Below are positions 49,842-59,830 of a stretch of 64,000 nucleotides of DNA, piece by piece. The position numbers were made by a program, and so were the translations under genes. The notes beneath the pieces are model-generated. The model saw only the letters and a list, made by a program, of their open reading frames with translations, did not search any database and was not told the origin of the DNA. The stretch covers positions 4,145,045 to 4,209,044 of the forward strand of contig OZ244846.1 in the NCBI GenBank assembly GCA_965220815.1, in the 5' to 3' direction. The DNA is from Gammaproteobacteria bacterium. GTDB taxonomy: Bacteria; Pseudomonadota; Gammaproteobacteria; Eutrophobiales; Eutrophobiaceae. Position 1 is the stretch's first letter. The number at the start of each line of letters is the position of its first letter.

Positions 49842-52100
49842 CTAGAAGCTGTACCTGGCTTCCGCGCCCCAGATTCTCGGCTGGTTGACGTAACCGAGGT
49901 TGTTGGCGAAGTCGATGCCGCCGATGGGGTTATGCTCGTTGGTGATGTTACGGGCGAACATGCCGATTTCGAAGTTTCTGACCGTATCCCGGTAACCGGC
50001 GCGCAGTCCGCCTTCGAACTGTGTGCCGAAGGTGAACTCAATACTCTCATATAGAAAGTCACTGGTCTTGCCCTTCAGCTTCCAATCGGTGAACAGGTAG
50101 AGTTCAGTGCCGCTTGACAGGGGTTGGGTGACGTCCAGTTGCACGTTGGCAGTCCACTTGGGCGCATGCTGGAACGGGTTACCGTCAATAATGGCCCTGC
50201 CGTTTTCATCCAGCGGGTCCCTGCTGGTGGCCATGGGGCCTATCGGCAAAGTCAGTTGCTTATCATTAAGTTCCGTCTTGTTATAACCGAAACCGCCGGA
50301 CAGGATCATATTGTCGGTCAGGGCAATATCAACGTCGAACTCAACGCCGTAGCCGACGCCCTCATCCGCATTCAGCAGGGTCGTCGTATTGGCATCACCG
50401 CCTACCGCGACCAGTTGCATGTCATCGACCTCGTAATAGAAGCCCGCCACGTTAAGCCTTACCTTCTCGAACAGCGCCTTGAAGCCAGCCTCGTAAGACC
50501 TGATGGTCTCCGAGTCAGCGGTGGTGACTTCAGGATCATCTTGCAAGCGGTCCTGGATAGTGGGCGCCCGGAAACCGGTGGCCGCACGGAAATAGACCTG
50601 GACGTCGTCGTTGATAGCGTAAGCCAGAGACGCATCCCACCCGACGTGACTGTCCCCCAAGCTGATCAGGGGAAGCACCTCGGCAACGGGCCTGAACCTG
50701 GAATGTTCAGCATCCTTCTCATCGTCAGTGTAACGCACCCCTGCGGTTAGAGTTAATCGGTCTGTCACATTGTAGGTGCCCTGCCCAAACATAGCCCAGG
50801 CCGTGTTCTCGACATTGGAAACAGACACTGGAGTGAATTCCGTAGCGCCAGCATTTTGGTCCGAGGAGACGCTCTCCAGAACATCCTCAAAGTAGAAAAT
50901 GCCGAACTGGTAATTCAACGCCCCATCCAGGTTGCTGGCGAGGCGGAATTCCTGGGTAAGCTGCTCGACGTTCTGGTCGCCACCGGTATCGACGTTAACC
51001 ACGAAAGGTGAGGCGAACGGGTTGAAAGGCGTGCTGGGCGGACCGAACGGACCATGCGGCCCCGGTGCAAAGCCTCCACAGGTAAATAGACAGCCGTACC
51101 CCCCATCAATGTCGCCGCGGGCAAACCGGTCGTAGATGTCCTGGTATGACGTGATTGAGGTGATGGTGTGGTTGGTAAGGTCATAGTCCAGTCTCAAGGT
51201 AACCCCAAAGCTCTTTATTTTCGCCGGGTTATTGTTGCCGCCATCGAAATAGATCGTATTACGGTCGTAATTTTCATTCAGATTGTTACTGCCCTTGTCG
51301 AAAACATTGGCGCGAAACAGCGACGCAGAATTGCCGCCCTGGTCCTGGTGCTGGTACAACAGCAGCGCGCTGAAATCATCGGTGGGCGTCCACAATAACT
51401 GCGCGCGTCCGGCAAAGATATCGAACCCGCCCAGGGCGTCGTTTTCACCGGTATAGGCGTTATTGACCCAGTCCGAGCGATGCTGCGTAATGAACGAGAC
51501 CCGGCCCATCAAGGTGTTCTCAACCAGGGTGCCGCCGACGGCTCCCTCCACGTTTATCGTCCCCAGGTTACCGCCGGAAGCCTTGATATAGCCTTCCGTT
51601 TCTTCCGTGGGGCGGCGCGAATCGAACTTGAGGATTCCCGCCGTGGTGTTGCGCCCGAACAGGGTGCCCTGGGGGCCGCGAATTACCTCAATATCGTCGA
51701 GGTCGAAGATGGGAAATGATTTGAGCGACGCTTTTTCCATCGGCACTTCGTCAAAAACGATGGATACGGGTTGCGATGCGGCTGCGGTAAAATCCGCATT
51801 GCCCAGGCCACGCATGTAGAAACGCGGGGATAACCGCCCGTTGGAACTCTCCACGTGCAGTCCCGGCACCGTGCTGGCCAGTTCCAGGACATCCCCTCCG
51901 CCTGCGAACTTGGATTCAAGCCACTGACCGGACATCCTGGTGATTGAGATCGGCACGTCCTGGATGTTCTGCTCGCGTTTCTGCGCGGTTACCACTATCT
52001 CCTCCAGTACGGTCTGGGAATGAGAAGGCGCAGCGATGACACACAGCAGGGTGAAAAGACCAAACTTTGAAGTTATTCTTTTGCTTATCGTATCGCCCAT
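49842..52100 (-). CDS. TonB-dependent outer-membrane receptor
   Basis: Plug LEEIVVTAQKREQNIQDVPISI. C-terminal F. Start moved to ATG 52100 (MGDTISKRITSKFGLFTLLCVIAAPSHS signal peptide). Confidence 0.8.
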   Translation of the reverse strand: MGDTISKRITSKFGLFTLLCVIAAPSHSQTVLEEIVVTAQKREQNIQDVPISITRMSGQWLESKFAGGGDVLELASTVPGLHVESSNGRLSPRFYMRGLGNADFTAAASQPVSIVFDEVPMEKASLKSFPIFDLDDIEVIRGPQGTLFGRNTTAGILKFDSRRPTEETEGYIKASGGNLGTINVEGAVGGTLVENTLMGRVSFITQHRSDWVNNAYTGENDALGGFDIFAGRAQLLWTPTDDFSALLLYQHQDQGGNSASLFRANVFDKGSNNLNENYDRNTIYFDGGNNNPAKIKSFGVTLRLDYDLTNHTITSITSYQDIYDRFARGDIDGGYGCLFTCGGFAPGPHGPFGPPSTPFNPFASPFVVNVDTGGDQNVEQLTQEFRLASNLDGALNYQFGIFYFEDVLESVSSDQNAGATEFTPVSVSNVENTAWAMFGQGTYNVTDRLTLTAGVRYTDDEKDAEHSRFRPVAEVLPLISLGDSHVGWDASLAYAINDDVQVYFRAATGFRAPTIQDRLQDDPEVTTADSETIRSYEAGFKALFEKVRLNVAGFYYEVDDMQLVAVGGDANTTTLLNADEGVGYGVEFDVDIALTDNMILSGGFGYNKTELNDKQLTLPIGPMATSRDPLDENGRAIIDGNPFQHAPKWTANVQLDVTQPLSSGTELYLFTDWKLKGKTSDFLYESIEFTFGTQFEGGLRAGYRDTVRNFEIGMFARNITNEHNPIGGIDFANNLGYVNQPRIWGAEARYSF

Positions 52101-52201
52101 TATTGTTCTCCTGGCAGGGTAATATTGTCTTGATATTATCGCTGTGATTTTACACCAATATTTGCCCGTTGTGAATGTAGTTTTAAAAACGCCGCGCGAA
52201 C

Positions 52202-52228
52202 GGGGTGATTTTACTCTGACCCCTGAAT
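52202..52228. repeat. REP-like half element
   Basis: GGGGTGATTTTACTCTGACCCCTGAATT, a single arm with a short complementary foot. Confidence 0.5.
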
Positions 52229-52231
52229 TAT

Positions 52232-52783
52232 TCACGTTCGGAGCACGCGGCCGGTAAGCGCATCCCTGATTGCGCTGGGCCTTTTATCTCCGCCGACATT
52301 GCCTGGAACGTAACAGTTCACATCCGGGCCGAAATAAGCCCTGACGCGCCGCCGGGTTCGGGCCGGCCGGCAACCGGACGGGTTGGCGCTGGTAGAGATG
52401 AGCGCTCCTGCCCTGTCGCACAGTTGCCGTACAACGGGGTGCGCCGGCACCCGCACGGCCAGGGTATCGTGCCGGCCCGTCAGCCAACGCGGCGTAAAAG
52501 GATGCGCCGGCACCAGCCAGGTGACCGGGCCGGGCCATGAACCGGTTATTTCTTCCAGCCTGGGCACCCGGGAAAAATCCACCAGGTCGGATAACTGTTC
52601 GATGCTTGAGGCGGCAACGATCAGGCCCTTGTCGGCGGGTCGCCGCTTCAGCCGCAGCAGTTCAGCCACCGCGTCTTCATCCCAGGGGTCGCAGCCCAGG
52701 CCCATCACCGCCTCGGTGGGATAGGCGATGACGCCGCCGTCTTGCAGGGCAATCAGCGCATTATGGACGTGCCAGCTTTTCAA
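52232..52783 (-). CDS. tsaC: L-threonylcarbamoyladenylate synthase TsaC (YrdC family)
   Basis: Colinear with E. coli TsaC (VIAYPTEAVMGLGCDP…WPGPVTWLVPA…STSANPSG). TTG start at 52783. Confidence 0.8.
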   Translation of the reverse strand: MKSWHVHNALIALQDGGVIAYPTEAVMGLGCDPWDEDAVAELLRLKRRPADKGLIVAASSIEQLSDLVDFSRVPRLEEITGSWPGPVTWLVPAHPFTPRWLTGRHDTLAVRVPAHPVVRQLCDRAGALISTSANPSGCRPARTRRRVRAYFGPDVNCYVPGNVGGDKRPSAIRDALTGRVLRT

Positions 52784-52819
52784 AATAGCTTAACCGGTGG
52801 ATACCTGGGGTCGATAAAT

Positions 52820-52886
52820 GGGGTCAGAGTAAAATCTTGAGGAACGTGGCCGATAGCATGATCAGGGGAGATTTTACTCTGACCCC
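52820..52886. repeat. REP-like palindromic element, long variant
   Basis: GGGGTCAGAGTAAAAT (52820-52835), a ~35-bp spacer homologous to those at 28198 and 30944, then ATTTTACTCTGACCCC (52871-52886). Confidence 0.6.
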
Positions 52887-52892
52887 TGGATA

Positions 52893-53399
52893 TCATAGTT
52901 GCTCCTGCAATGCGGCATCCTTGGCCTGGACCGAGCGGGTCATCTGCTCCCGTTCCGCGGCGATGGCTGCGGCCAGGTCCGCGTCCTGCAGGGCGAGGAT
53001 CTGCGCGGCCAGGTAGGCGGCATTCTTCGCACCGGCCTTGCCGATCGCAACGGTGCCCACCGGGATGCCTCCCGGCATCTGCACCGTCGCCAGCAATGCA
53101 TCGATACCGCTTAACGGCCCGGCGTCCAGGGGTACGCCGATGACCGGCTTCGTGGTGGTTGCGGCCACCGCGCCGGCAAGGTGCGCGGCCAGGCCGGCGG
53201 CGGCGATGAATACCGCGCAACCCCGCGCTTCCGCGTCCCTGATGTAAGCCTTGGTTGCCTCGGGGGTACGGTGCGCGGAGGTGATTTTCACTTCCCTGGC
53301 AATGGAAAAGCTGTCCAGCACTTCAACTGTGGAACGCATTACGGGCAGGTCGGAATCGGAACCCATTAAAATTGCAACGAACGGTTTGTTTTCACTCAT
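52893..53399 (-). CDS. purE: 5-(carboxyamino)imidazole ribonucleotide mutase
   Basis: Near-colinear with E. coli PurE ([14 protein letters not shown]…SAHRTP…[10 protein letters not shown]…GVPL…GIPVGT). Confidence 0.9.
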   Translation of the reverse strand: MSENKPFVAILMGSDSDLPVMRSTVEVLDSFSIAREVKITSAHRTPEATKAYIRDAEARGCAVFIAAAGLAAHLAGAVAATTTKPVIGVPLDAGPLSGIDALLATVQMPGGIPVGTVAIGKAGAKNAAYLAAQILALQDADLAAAIAAEREQMTRSVQAKDAALQEQL

Positions 53400-53426
53400 C
53401 GTTATTTCTCATCATTAAAATATGCG

Positions 53427-53448
53427 GGGTCAGAGTAAAATCACCCCT
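53427..53448. repeat. REP-like half element
   Basis: GGGGTCAGAGTAAAATCACCCC followed by TGAATT, the mirror image of the copy at 52202. Confidence 0.5.
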
Positions 53449-53453
53449 GAATT

Positions 53454-55802
53454 TCACTTACGGCGTTTGCGCGCCGCCGGCGCTGCGGCAATCAGGTCCC
53501 GGCATTCCTGCAGGGTCAGGTCCCCGGCTTCCCTGTCCTTCGGTATCCTTGCGTTCTTTTTCCCATCCGTAATATACGGCCCGTAGCGTCCGTTGAGGAT
53601 GGAGATACCCTCTTTTTCAAATACCTTGATGTATTTTTCGGCGTCCGCGGCCTTCTTTTCCCGCACCAGTTCCAGCGCCCGCGGCAAATCAATCGTATAA
53701 GGATCATCCTCCTTTTTCAATGAGGCGAACTTGTCGTCATAACGCACATAAGGACCGAAGCGGCCGATGTTGACGCTGATCTTCTCACCCTCTTCGGAGA
53801 CGCCCAGTTGCCGCGGCAGGTGGAACAGTTCCAGGGCCTGTTCCAGGCTGATGGTATCCATGCGCTGGTCGGGCAGCAGGCTGGCAAACTTCGGATCTTC
53901 GGCGTCATCCCTGGCGCCGATTTGAACGAACGGCCCATAGCGTCCCATGCGCACCGTCACCGGCCTCCCGGTGGCCGGATCATCGCCCAGGCTGCGCGGG
54001 CTCACCGCTTCACTGCGGCTTACTCCACCCTCCTTGTCCTGCACCCGCGCCGAGAACGGTTCCCAGAACTCCCTCATCAGCGGGATCCACTCCTTCTCGC
54101 CCCTGGAAACGGCATCGAGTTCATCTTCCAGCCTGGCGGTAAAATCATAATCGACATAACTGTCGAAATGCTCGGTCAGGAACCTGTTCACGACGCGCCC
54201 CACGTCGGTGGGAACGAAGCGCTTCTTGACCATCTCCACGTATTCGCGGTTACGCAGGGTGGAAATGATGGCGGCATAAGTCGAGGGCCTGCCGATACCG
54301 TATTCCTCCAGGGACTTGACCAGGGTCGCCTCGGAATAACGCGGAGGAGGTTCGGTAAAATGCTGTTCGGGCCGTATTTTCAACAATCCCGCCGCATCAC
54401 CCGGCTGCATGGGAGGCAGTTTCCTCTCAGCGGCATCATTCCCCTGCCCCGTTTTGCGGTCATCTTCTCCTTCGGTATAGACAATCATGAAACCCTTTTC
54501 AACCACGGTAGCGCCGTTGGCCCGCATCAGCGCGCCGGGGCCGCATTCCAGGTCCACTGCGACCGTATCGATGACGGCCTGGGCCATCTGGCTGGCCAGC
54601 GCCCGCTTCCAGATCAACTCGTACAGCCGGAACTGCTCCCTGGACAGTTTCGAGTGGATTTCCCGGGGCACGCGCTGCACGGAAGTCGGCCGGATCGCCT
54701 CGTGCGCCTCCTGGGCGTTTTTAGACCTGGTCCGGTACCGGCGCGGGTTTTCGGGCAGGTACTTTGCGCCGTATTGTTTGTCTATGTACCGGCGCATTTC
54801 ATTGATCGCATCCGCCGCTAGGTTCACCGAGTCGGTCCTCATATAAGTAATCAGGCCGACCGCTCCTGAACCGGTATCAATACCTTCATACAACTGTTGC
54901 GCGACACGCATGGTCTGCTGTGCGGTGAACCCGAGCTTGCGCACGGCCTCCTGCTGCAGCGTGGAGGTGATGAACGGCGGCGCCGGCTGGCGCTTGCGCT
55001 GTTTACGGTCAACCTTGCTGACGATCAGCGCCCCGTTGTGCCGGGCCTCCTGCCCGGCCTGCCCGCGCTGTGCCGCGGCATTGTTTTCCAGCGCTCCCGC
55101 CACCTCCTGCGCCCGTTCTTCGTCCGTAATGCTGAACTGCTCGATTTTCCGCTCCTCATAACGCACCAGTCGGGCCTTGAACTCCATCCCCGCCCGTTCC
55201 AGGTCCGCTTCGATAGTCCAGTACTCACGGGTCTTGAACTGTTCAATTTCCTCTTCGCGTTCGACGATCATCCTCAGGGCGGGGCTCTGGACCCGGCCGG
55301 CGGAGAGACCCCTGCGAATCTTCTTCCACAATAACGGGGACAGGTTGAAGCCTACCAGGTAATCCAGGGCGCGCCTTGCCTGCTGGGCGTTGATCAGGTC
55401 CCATGAAAGCTCGCCGGGATTGTCGATGGCGCGTAATACCGCGTTCTTCGTGACCTCATGAAACACCACCCGTTTTACTTCCTTGCGCTTGAGCGCGCCG
55501 CGCTCCTTGAGCAGTTCAAACAGGTGCCATGATATGGCTTCACCTTCCCTGTCGGGGTCGGTGGCCAGGTAAAGAACGTCGGATTTCTTCAGGGCACGCA
55601 CGATCGCGTCCACGGAACGGGCATTTTTATCGATGATTTCATAACGCATGGCGAATTCCTTTTCCGGGTCCACCGCGCCGGTTTTCGGCAGCAGGTCGCG
55701 CACGTGGCCGTTGGAGGCCATAACGGTATAACCGCTGCCCAGGTAACGGTTCAAGGTCCTTGCCTTTGCAGGGGATTCAACTACAACTAATGCTTCAGAC
55801 AT
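53454..55802 (-). CDS. topA: DNA topoisomerase I
   Basis: MSEALVVVESPAKARTLNRYLG Toprim start. Catalytic Tyr region (RTDSV…). C-terminal zinc-ribbon / basic tail. Confidence 0.9.
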   Translation of the reverse strand: MSEALVVVESPAKARTLNRYLGSGYTVMASNGHVRDLLPKTGAVDPEKEFAMRYEIIDKNARSVDAIVRALKKSDVLYLATDPDREGEAISWHLFELLKERGALKRKEVKRVVFHEVTKNAVLRAIDNPGELSWDLINAQQARRALDYLVGFNLSPLLWKKIRRGLSAGRVQSPALRMIVEREEEIEQFKTREYWTIEADLERAGMEFKARLVRYEERKIEQFSITDEERAQEVAGALENNAAAQRGQAGQEARHNGALIVSKVDRKQRKRQPAPPFITSTLQQEAVRKLGFTAQQTMRVAQQLYEGIDTGSGAVGLITYMRTDSVNLAADAINEMRRYIDKQYGAKYLPENPRRYRTRSKNAQEAHEAIRPTSVQRVPREIHSKLSREQFRLYELIWKRALASQMAQAVIDTVAVDLECGPGALMRANGATVVEKGFMIVYTEGEDDRKTGQGNDAAERKLPPMQPGDAAGLLKIRPEQHFTEPPPRYSEATLVKSLEEYGIGRPSTYAAIISTLRNREYVEMVKKRFVPTDVGRVVNRFLTEHFDSYVDYDFTARLEDELDAVSRGEKEWIPLMREFWEPFSARVQDKEGGVSRSEAVSPRSLGDDPATGRPVTVRMGRYGPFVQIGARDDAEDPKFASLLPDQRMDTISLEQALELFHLPRQLGVSEEGEKISVNIGRFGPYVRYDDKFASLKKEDDPYTIDLPRALELVREKKAADAEKYIKVFEKEGISILNGRYGPYITDGKKNARIPKDREAGDLTLQECRDLIAAAPAARKRRK

Positions 55803-55836
55803 ATTTTCTTACACGCTTTATTGTTATTCTCAAAAT

Positions 55837-57003
55837 TCACTGCGACGGTTCCCGCTCAGCACGCATATACAGGCCCGGCGCAACCGCTGTTATCAATCCT
55901 TCCAGTTCCAGGTTCAACAACTTTCCCATGATGTCTTCGATGCCGAGTCCGGTCATGTCCACAATTTCATCGAGGCCTGTCGGTTCGTACCCTATATTAT
56001 CAAGCAGCACTTTTTCCCGTTCGTCAAGTGTATTGATCTTCCCCGCCCGGGCTGAGGCTCCTGCCCGGGAAATCTCTTCAAGGTTACGGAACCGGCCGAT
56101 AACGCCCGCAATATCTTCCACCCGCTCTGCGAGTCCGGCCCCTTCCCGCAACAGGCCGTGGCAACCCTGTTTCATGGGGTTCCTGATGGAACCCGGCACT
56201 GCGAACACCTCCCGGTTCTGTTCCAGGGCATGCCTTGCCGTGCTCAGCGAGCCGCTCCTGCGGGCCGCCTCAACCACCAGGACTGCCTCGCTCAGGCCGC
56301 TTATAACCCGGTTGCGGCGCGGGAAATTGTACGGCAGCGGCCGCCAGGACAGGGGGAATTCGGACACCAGGGCGCCGCTTTCACTGATCCTGTCTGCCAG
56401 TTCCGCATTGGACTTCGGATAGATGCAATTCAGCCCGTTACCCAGCACCGCCACGGTCCTGCCCTGTTGCCCCAGCGCTCCCCGGTGCGCTTCCGTATCT
56501 ATCCCCCGGGCCAGGCCGCTGGTCACCGTAATCCCCTGCCTTGCCAGTTCCCCGGCAAAATAGCGGGCGTCCCTGCGTCCGTCCATGGTAGGTTTTCGAC
56601 TCCCGACCAGGGCAACCTGGCAACTCACCAGCACTTCCGGGTCACCGCGTACGAACAGGCATGGCGGCGGCGCCGCTATCTGTTTCAATATAGCCGGGTA
56701 ATGTGGACTGTCAAGCGGGACCAGGTGGTAATCCGGACGTTCCAGGCACCGCAATGCGCGTTCAATTTCTTTCGCGTCGGGTTTTCGCAGCGCCTCGAGG
56801 ACGGGCCCCGGCAATTGGTAACGGTCGATTGCCCCGGTCCTGGCTGCATTCAGCACGGCCTGTGCAGTCCCGAAGTCCCGCAGCAATTGAGACAGGTCAT
56901 GCTCAGCCGCGGCCGCGGCATGCAACAGCGCCAGCCAGGCATATGTTTGGGAATGTTCTGAAGCCCCGTCCATGACTGTGTTCACCGATATCCTCCCTGA
57001 CAT
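55837..57003 (-). CDS. dprA: DNA-processing protein DprA (Smf)
   Basis: DprA Rossmann-like core GSRKPT…GLARGIDTEAHRGAL…AVLGNGL…VVEAARRSGSL. C-terminal winged-helix region. Confidence 0.85.
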   Translation of the reverse strand: MSGRISVNTVMDGASEHSQTYAWLALLHAAAAAEHDLSQLLRDFGTAQAVLNAARTGAIDRYQLPGPVLEALRKPDAKEIERALRCLERPDYHLVPLDSPHYPAILKQIAAPPPCLFVRGDPEVLVSCQVALVGSRKPTMDGRRDARYFAGELARQGITVTSGLARGIDTEAHRGALGQQGRTVAVLGNGLNCIYPKSNAELADRISESGALVSEFPLSWRPLPYNFPRRNRVISGLSEAVLVVEAARRSGSLSTARHALEQNREVFAVPGSIRNPMKQGCHGLLREGAGLAERVEDIAGVIGRFRNLEEISRAGASARAGKINTLDEREKVLLDNIGYEPTGLDEIVDMTGLGIEDIMGKLLNLELEGLITAVAPGLYMRAEREPSQ

Positions 57004-57115
57004 GTCAAGAAAATTCTGCTGATGCCTGCGAAGGCATGCAATGTGGAATATGTAAAAGCGTAGAGCGAATCAGGGAAGGAGTCAAACATTTCAATACATG
57101 GGGTCACCCATTAGC

Positions 57116-58369
57116 CAGGGCAAGATCATACTTTTTGTCATAAGTAAGAGGTTTTTTATTCCAATAAGATATAGATAAGTGGGGAACTCATGGGTTTTGC
57201 GGGGATCAGATCAGTAATTACCCCAAACTGAGGAGATTCCCATGAGTTTACTGACCCATTTGGCGACGATTGACGACCCGCGGCGTGATATTAACAAGAA
57301 GCATGAGTTATTGGACATTCTGTTTCTGACAGTGAGTGCGGTGCTGTCGGGGGCAGAAGGCTGGAAAGACATCAAGGAATTCGGTGATGAGAAGCTGGAT
57401 TGGCTGCGTCGCTACCGGCCGTTTTTGAACGGGATGCCGGTGGATGACACGATTGCGCGGGTGGTGCGGGCGCTGGACCCGGAGCAGTTCAACCGGGCGT
57501 TTATCGATTGGGTGAATGAGGTACGGGCGGCGTCCGGTCAGGAGCAGATAGCGCTGGACGGGAAGACCCTGCGGCGGTCTCATGACGGGGAGAAACACAC
57601 GGCCCTGCACAGCATCACGGCCTGGGGACATGAGTGCGGGTTGGTATTGGCGCAGATGAAGTCACAGGGGAAGAAGAATGAGCAGTCGTCGGTGATGGAG
57701 ATGCTGGAGTTGTTGCAGGTGAAGGGGGCGCATATCACGGCGGATGCGATGAATACGCAGAAGAAGATAGCGCAGAAGATTCACAAGAAAGGCGGCGATT
57801 ACACGTTGTCGCTGAAGGACAATCACAAGACGTTGCGCAAGGAAATACAGGCGTACTTTCATAAGGTTACGCGCGATGCGCCGCAGCAGGTAGCGGTGCA
57901 TGAGGAGGTGGACGGCGGGCATGGCCGGATAGAGAAACGCACCTGCCGGCAGTTGCCGGTGGATGAGTGGGTGAGTGGGGCGGCCAGGTGGCCGGGCTTG
58001 CAAACCCTCATTGAGATGGAGCGGGAGCGGCGCCTGCCCGGGAAAGCGGTGGAGACGGAGATACATTACTATATCAGCTCCTTGCCCGTGGATGCCCAGC
58101 GGGTGGCGCAGGGGATACGGCGGCACTGGGAGGTGGAGAACAAGGCGCATTGGGTGCTGGATGTGGCCTTTAAGGAGGATGACAGTCGCATCCGCAAGGG
58201 GGACGGGGCGGAGAACGTGGCGATTATCCGGCGCTTCTGTCTGAACCTGGCGCGGTTGGACCCCAGGAAGAACAGCATGCGGGGGAAACTCAAGCAGGCC
58301 GGGTGGAGTGATACCAGACGGGCGGAAATCCTGTTCGGAGCAGACATATAAAAGTATGCGGTTGCCCTG
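57116..58369 (+). mobile_element. ISAs1-family insertion sequence with a 10-bp target-site duplication
   Basis: Imperfect ~20-bp terminal inverted repeats CAGGGCAAGATCATACTTTT / rc CAGGGCAACCGCATACTTTT. Direct repeat ACCCATTAGC at 57106-57115 and 58370-58379. 1254 bp. Confidence 0.7.
57242..58351 (+). CDS. ISAs1-family transposase (H-repeat-associated / YhhI-like)
   Basis: MSLLTHLATIDDPRRDINKKHELLDILFL… N-terminus and DDE core characteristic of ISAs1. Confidence 0.85.
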   Translation: MSLLTHLATIDDPRRDINKKHELLDILFLTVSAVLSGAEGWKDIKEFGDEKLDWLRRYRPFLNGMPVDDTIARVVRALDPEQFNRAFIDWVNEVRAASGQEQIALDGKTLRRSHDGEKHTALHSITAWGHECGLVLAQMKSQGKKNEQSSVMEMLELLQVKGAHITADAMNTQKKIAQKIHKKGGDYTLSLKDNHKTLRKEIQAYFHKVTRDAPQQVAVHEEVDGGHGRIEKRTCRQLPVDEWVSGAARWPGLQTLIEMERERRLPGKAVETEIHYYISSLPVDAQRVAQGIRRHWEVENKAHWVLDVAFKEDDSRIRKGDGAENVAIIRRFCLNLARLDPRKNSMRGKLKQAGWSDTRRAEILFGADI

Positions 58370-58379
58370 ACCCATTAGC

Positions 58380-59830
58380 CAGTCGTTGTCAAGTGGCACA
58401 GATTAACCCTCCTGAATAAACAGGTATTATAAACCAAGCACCAGATTGAGCTACGCACCTGTTGTTTCGCTCAAGTGTTGTCGTCGTCTACCCCTACGCA
58501 ACAGTCACCCATCAGGATCAAGTCCCCCGGAGGAGACCCTGGCTTGCGCCCCAGAAACCTATCAGTACCACCCCGCGTCCACGGGCATTAAACAGATTCA
58601 CGGCCTTGACATCGACCACCCTATCGGTCGGCTCACGGTGTGGGCGTATCCTCTTCTCTGTGTGCAACGTGACGCACCCGGACCAATCAGAGTCACGGGT
58701 TATGACCCAACCTCACCGCGGGTTAACCGGGTGCGTCAAACCCTATACAAACACTTTGTCTTCGTCGAACGGCACCCCTCTCAATAGAATGTAATAACAG
58801 GCCCGCGCCAGTTTATGCGCCAGCGCCTTCAAGGCCACCACCCGGTGTGTCTTCGCCTCCTTGCGCTGGTAGAACCGACGCGCCTTGTCATGATGCCGGA
58901 CGGCCAGGTTGGCCGCCTCCATGTACGCCCAGGCCAGGTAGTGATTACCGTTCTTGCGATTGCCCTCGCCCTTCTTCCTGCCGTTGCTCTCCCGCCGAGA
59001 GGCCACACAACGACAGTAGGAGGCATACTGCCCCACACTGCCAAACCGGCTCACCGGCCCGGTCTCCAGTAAAATCGTCTGCGCCAGGATCGGCCCGATG
59101 CCGCACACACTCTGTAACAACCGGTAATCCCGGTCCGCCCGCACCTGCGCCAGCACCGCCCGCTCCAACGCCCTGACCTGCGCATCCAGGGCCCGGCTCA
59201 TATGCAAATTGCACTGCAACGCCAACTGTACGTTCGCATCGCCCAGCACCGGACACTCGAAGCCCTTGGCCTTCACCTCACTCACCGGGATCGCCTGCCC
59301 CGTCAAGCGGTGGTACTGCGTCTTGAAACTCAACAGGTGCCGGGTGCGGTCCTGCACCAGTTGCAGCCGCTTGCGCAGCACGTCCCGCAAACCCCGCAAG
59401 GCCGGCGGATAGATATACCCCGTCGGTAATATCCTTAAACGCATCAGGTGCGCCAGGTGAAACGCATCGTAGCGGTCATCCGTGCGCTTGAGACCCTGGT
59501 ACTGCACCACCTTCGCCGGATTCACCAGGCGCACCGCAAACCCCGCACCCTGCAACGCATCCGCCAGCCAGTACCAGTTGAAGGTCGACTCCACCGCCAC
59601 CGCCTCCAACTCTCGTTGATAGGGCGAGAGCGCCCCCGTAATAACCGCCGCATCGTTCCTGAAACGCCGCTCCAGCACACGCGTGTCCTGCTCGTCAATC
59701 ACGCACACGTAACTATTGTTTGAATGTAAATCAATCCCCGCATATAGTGTCATGGTCAGTCTCCTCATGTTGAATGGTAACCACCCAACAGTCTAACCTG
59801 CCTCGGCAGGTTAGGGAGACTGGCTTATGA
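58380..59830 (-). mobile_element. IS110-family insertion sequence (copy 2), approximate extent
   Basis: Contains the IS110 transposase. A 9-bp-stem hairpin TAACCTGCC-tcg-GCAGGTTA lies just upstream of the tnp start. Ends not defined (no IRs in this family). Confidence 0.35.
58743..59753 (-). CDS. IS110-family (DEDD) transposase
   Basis: MTLYAGIDLHSNNSYVCVIDE… DEDD N-terminal domain. C-terminal Transposase_20 region (GIGPILAQTILLETG). ATG at 59753. Confidence 0.85.
   Translation of the reverse strand: MTLYAGIDLHSNNSYVCVIDEQDTRVLERRFRNDAAVITGALSPYQRELEAVAVESTFNWYWLADALQGAGFAVRLVNPAKVVQYQGLKRTDDRYDAFHLAHLMRLRILPTGYIYPPALRGLRDVLRKRLQLVQDRTRHLLSFKTQYHRLTGQAIPVSEVKAKGFECPVLGDANVQLALQCNLHMSRALDAQVRALERAVLAQVRADRDYRLLQSVCGIGPILAQTILLETGPVSRFGSVGQYASYCRCVASRRESNGRKKGEGNRKNGNHYLAWAYMEAANLAVRHHDKARRFYQRKEAKTHRVVALKALAHKLARACYYILLRGVPFDEDKVFV

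Noticed and set aside
58446-58794. ORFs 58446-58787 and 58462-58794 between ISAs1 and the IS110 transposase
   Set aside because: No start-context or domain features. The region is more plausibly the non-coding 3' part of the IS110 element.
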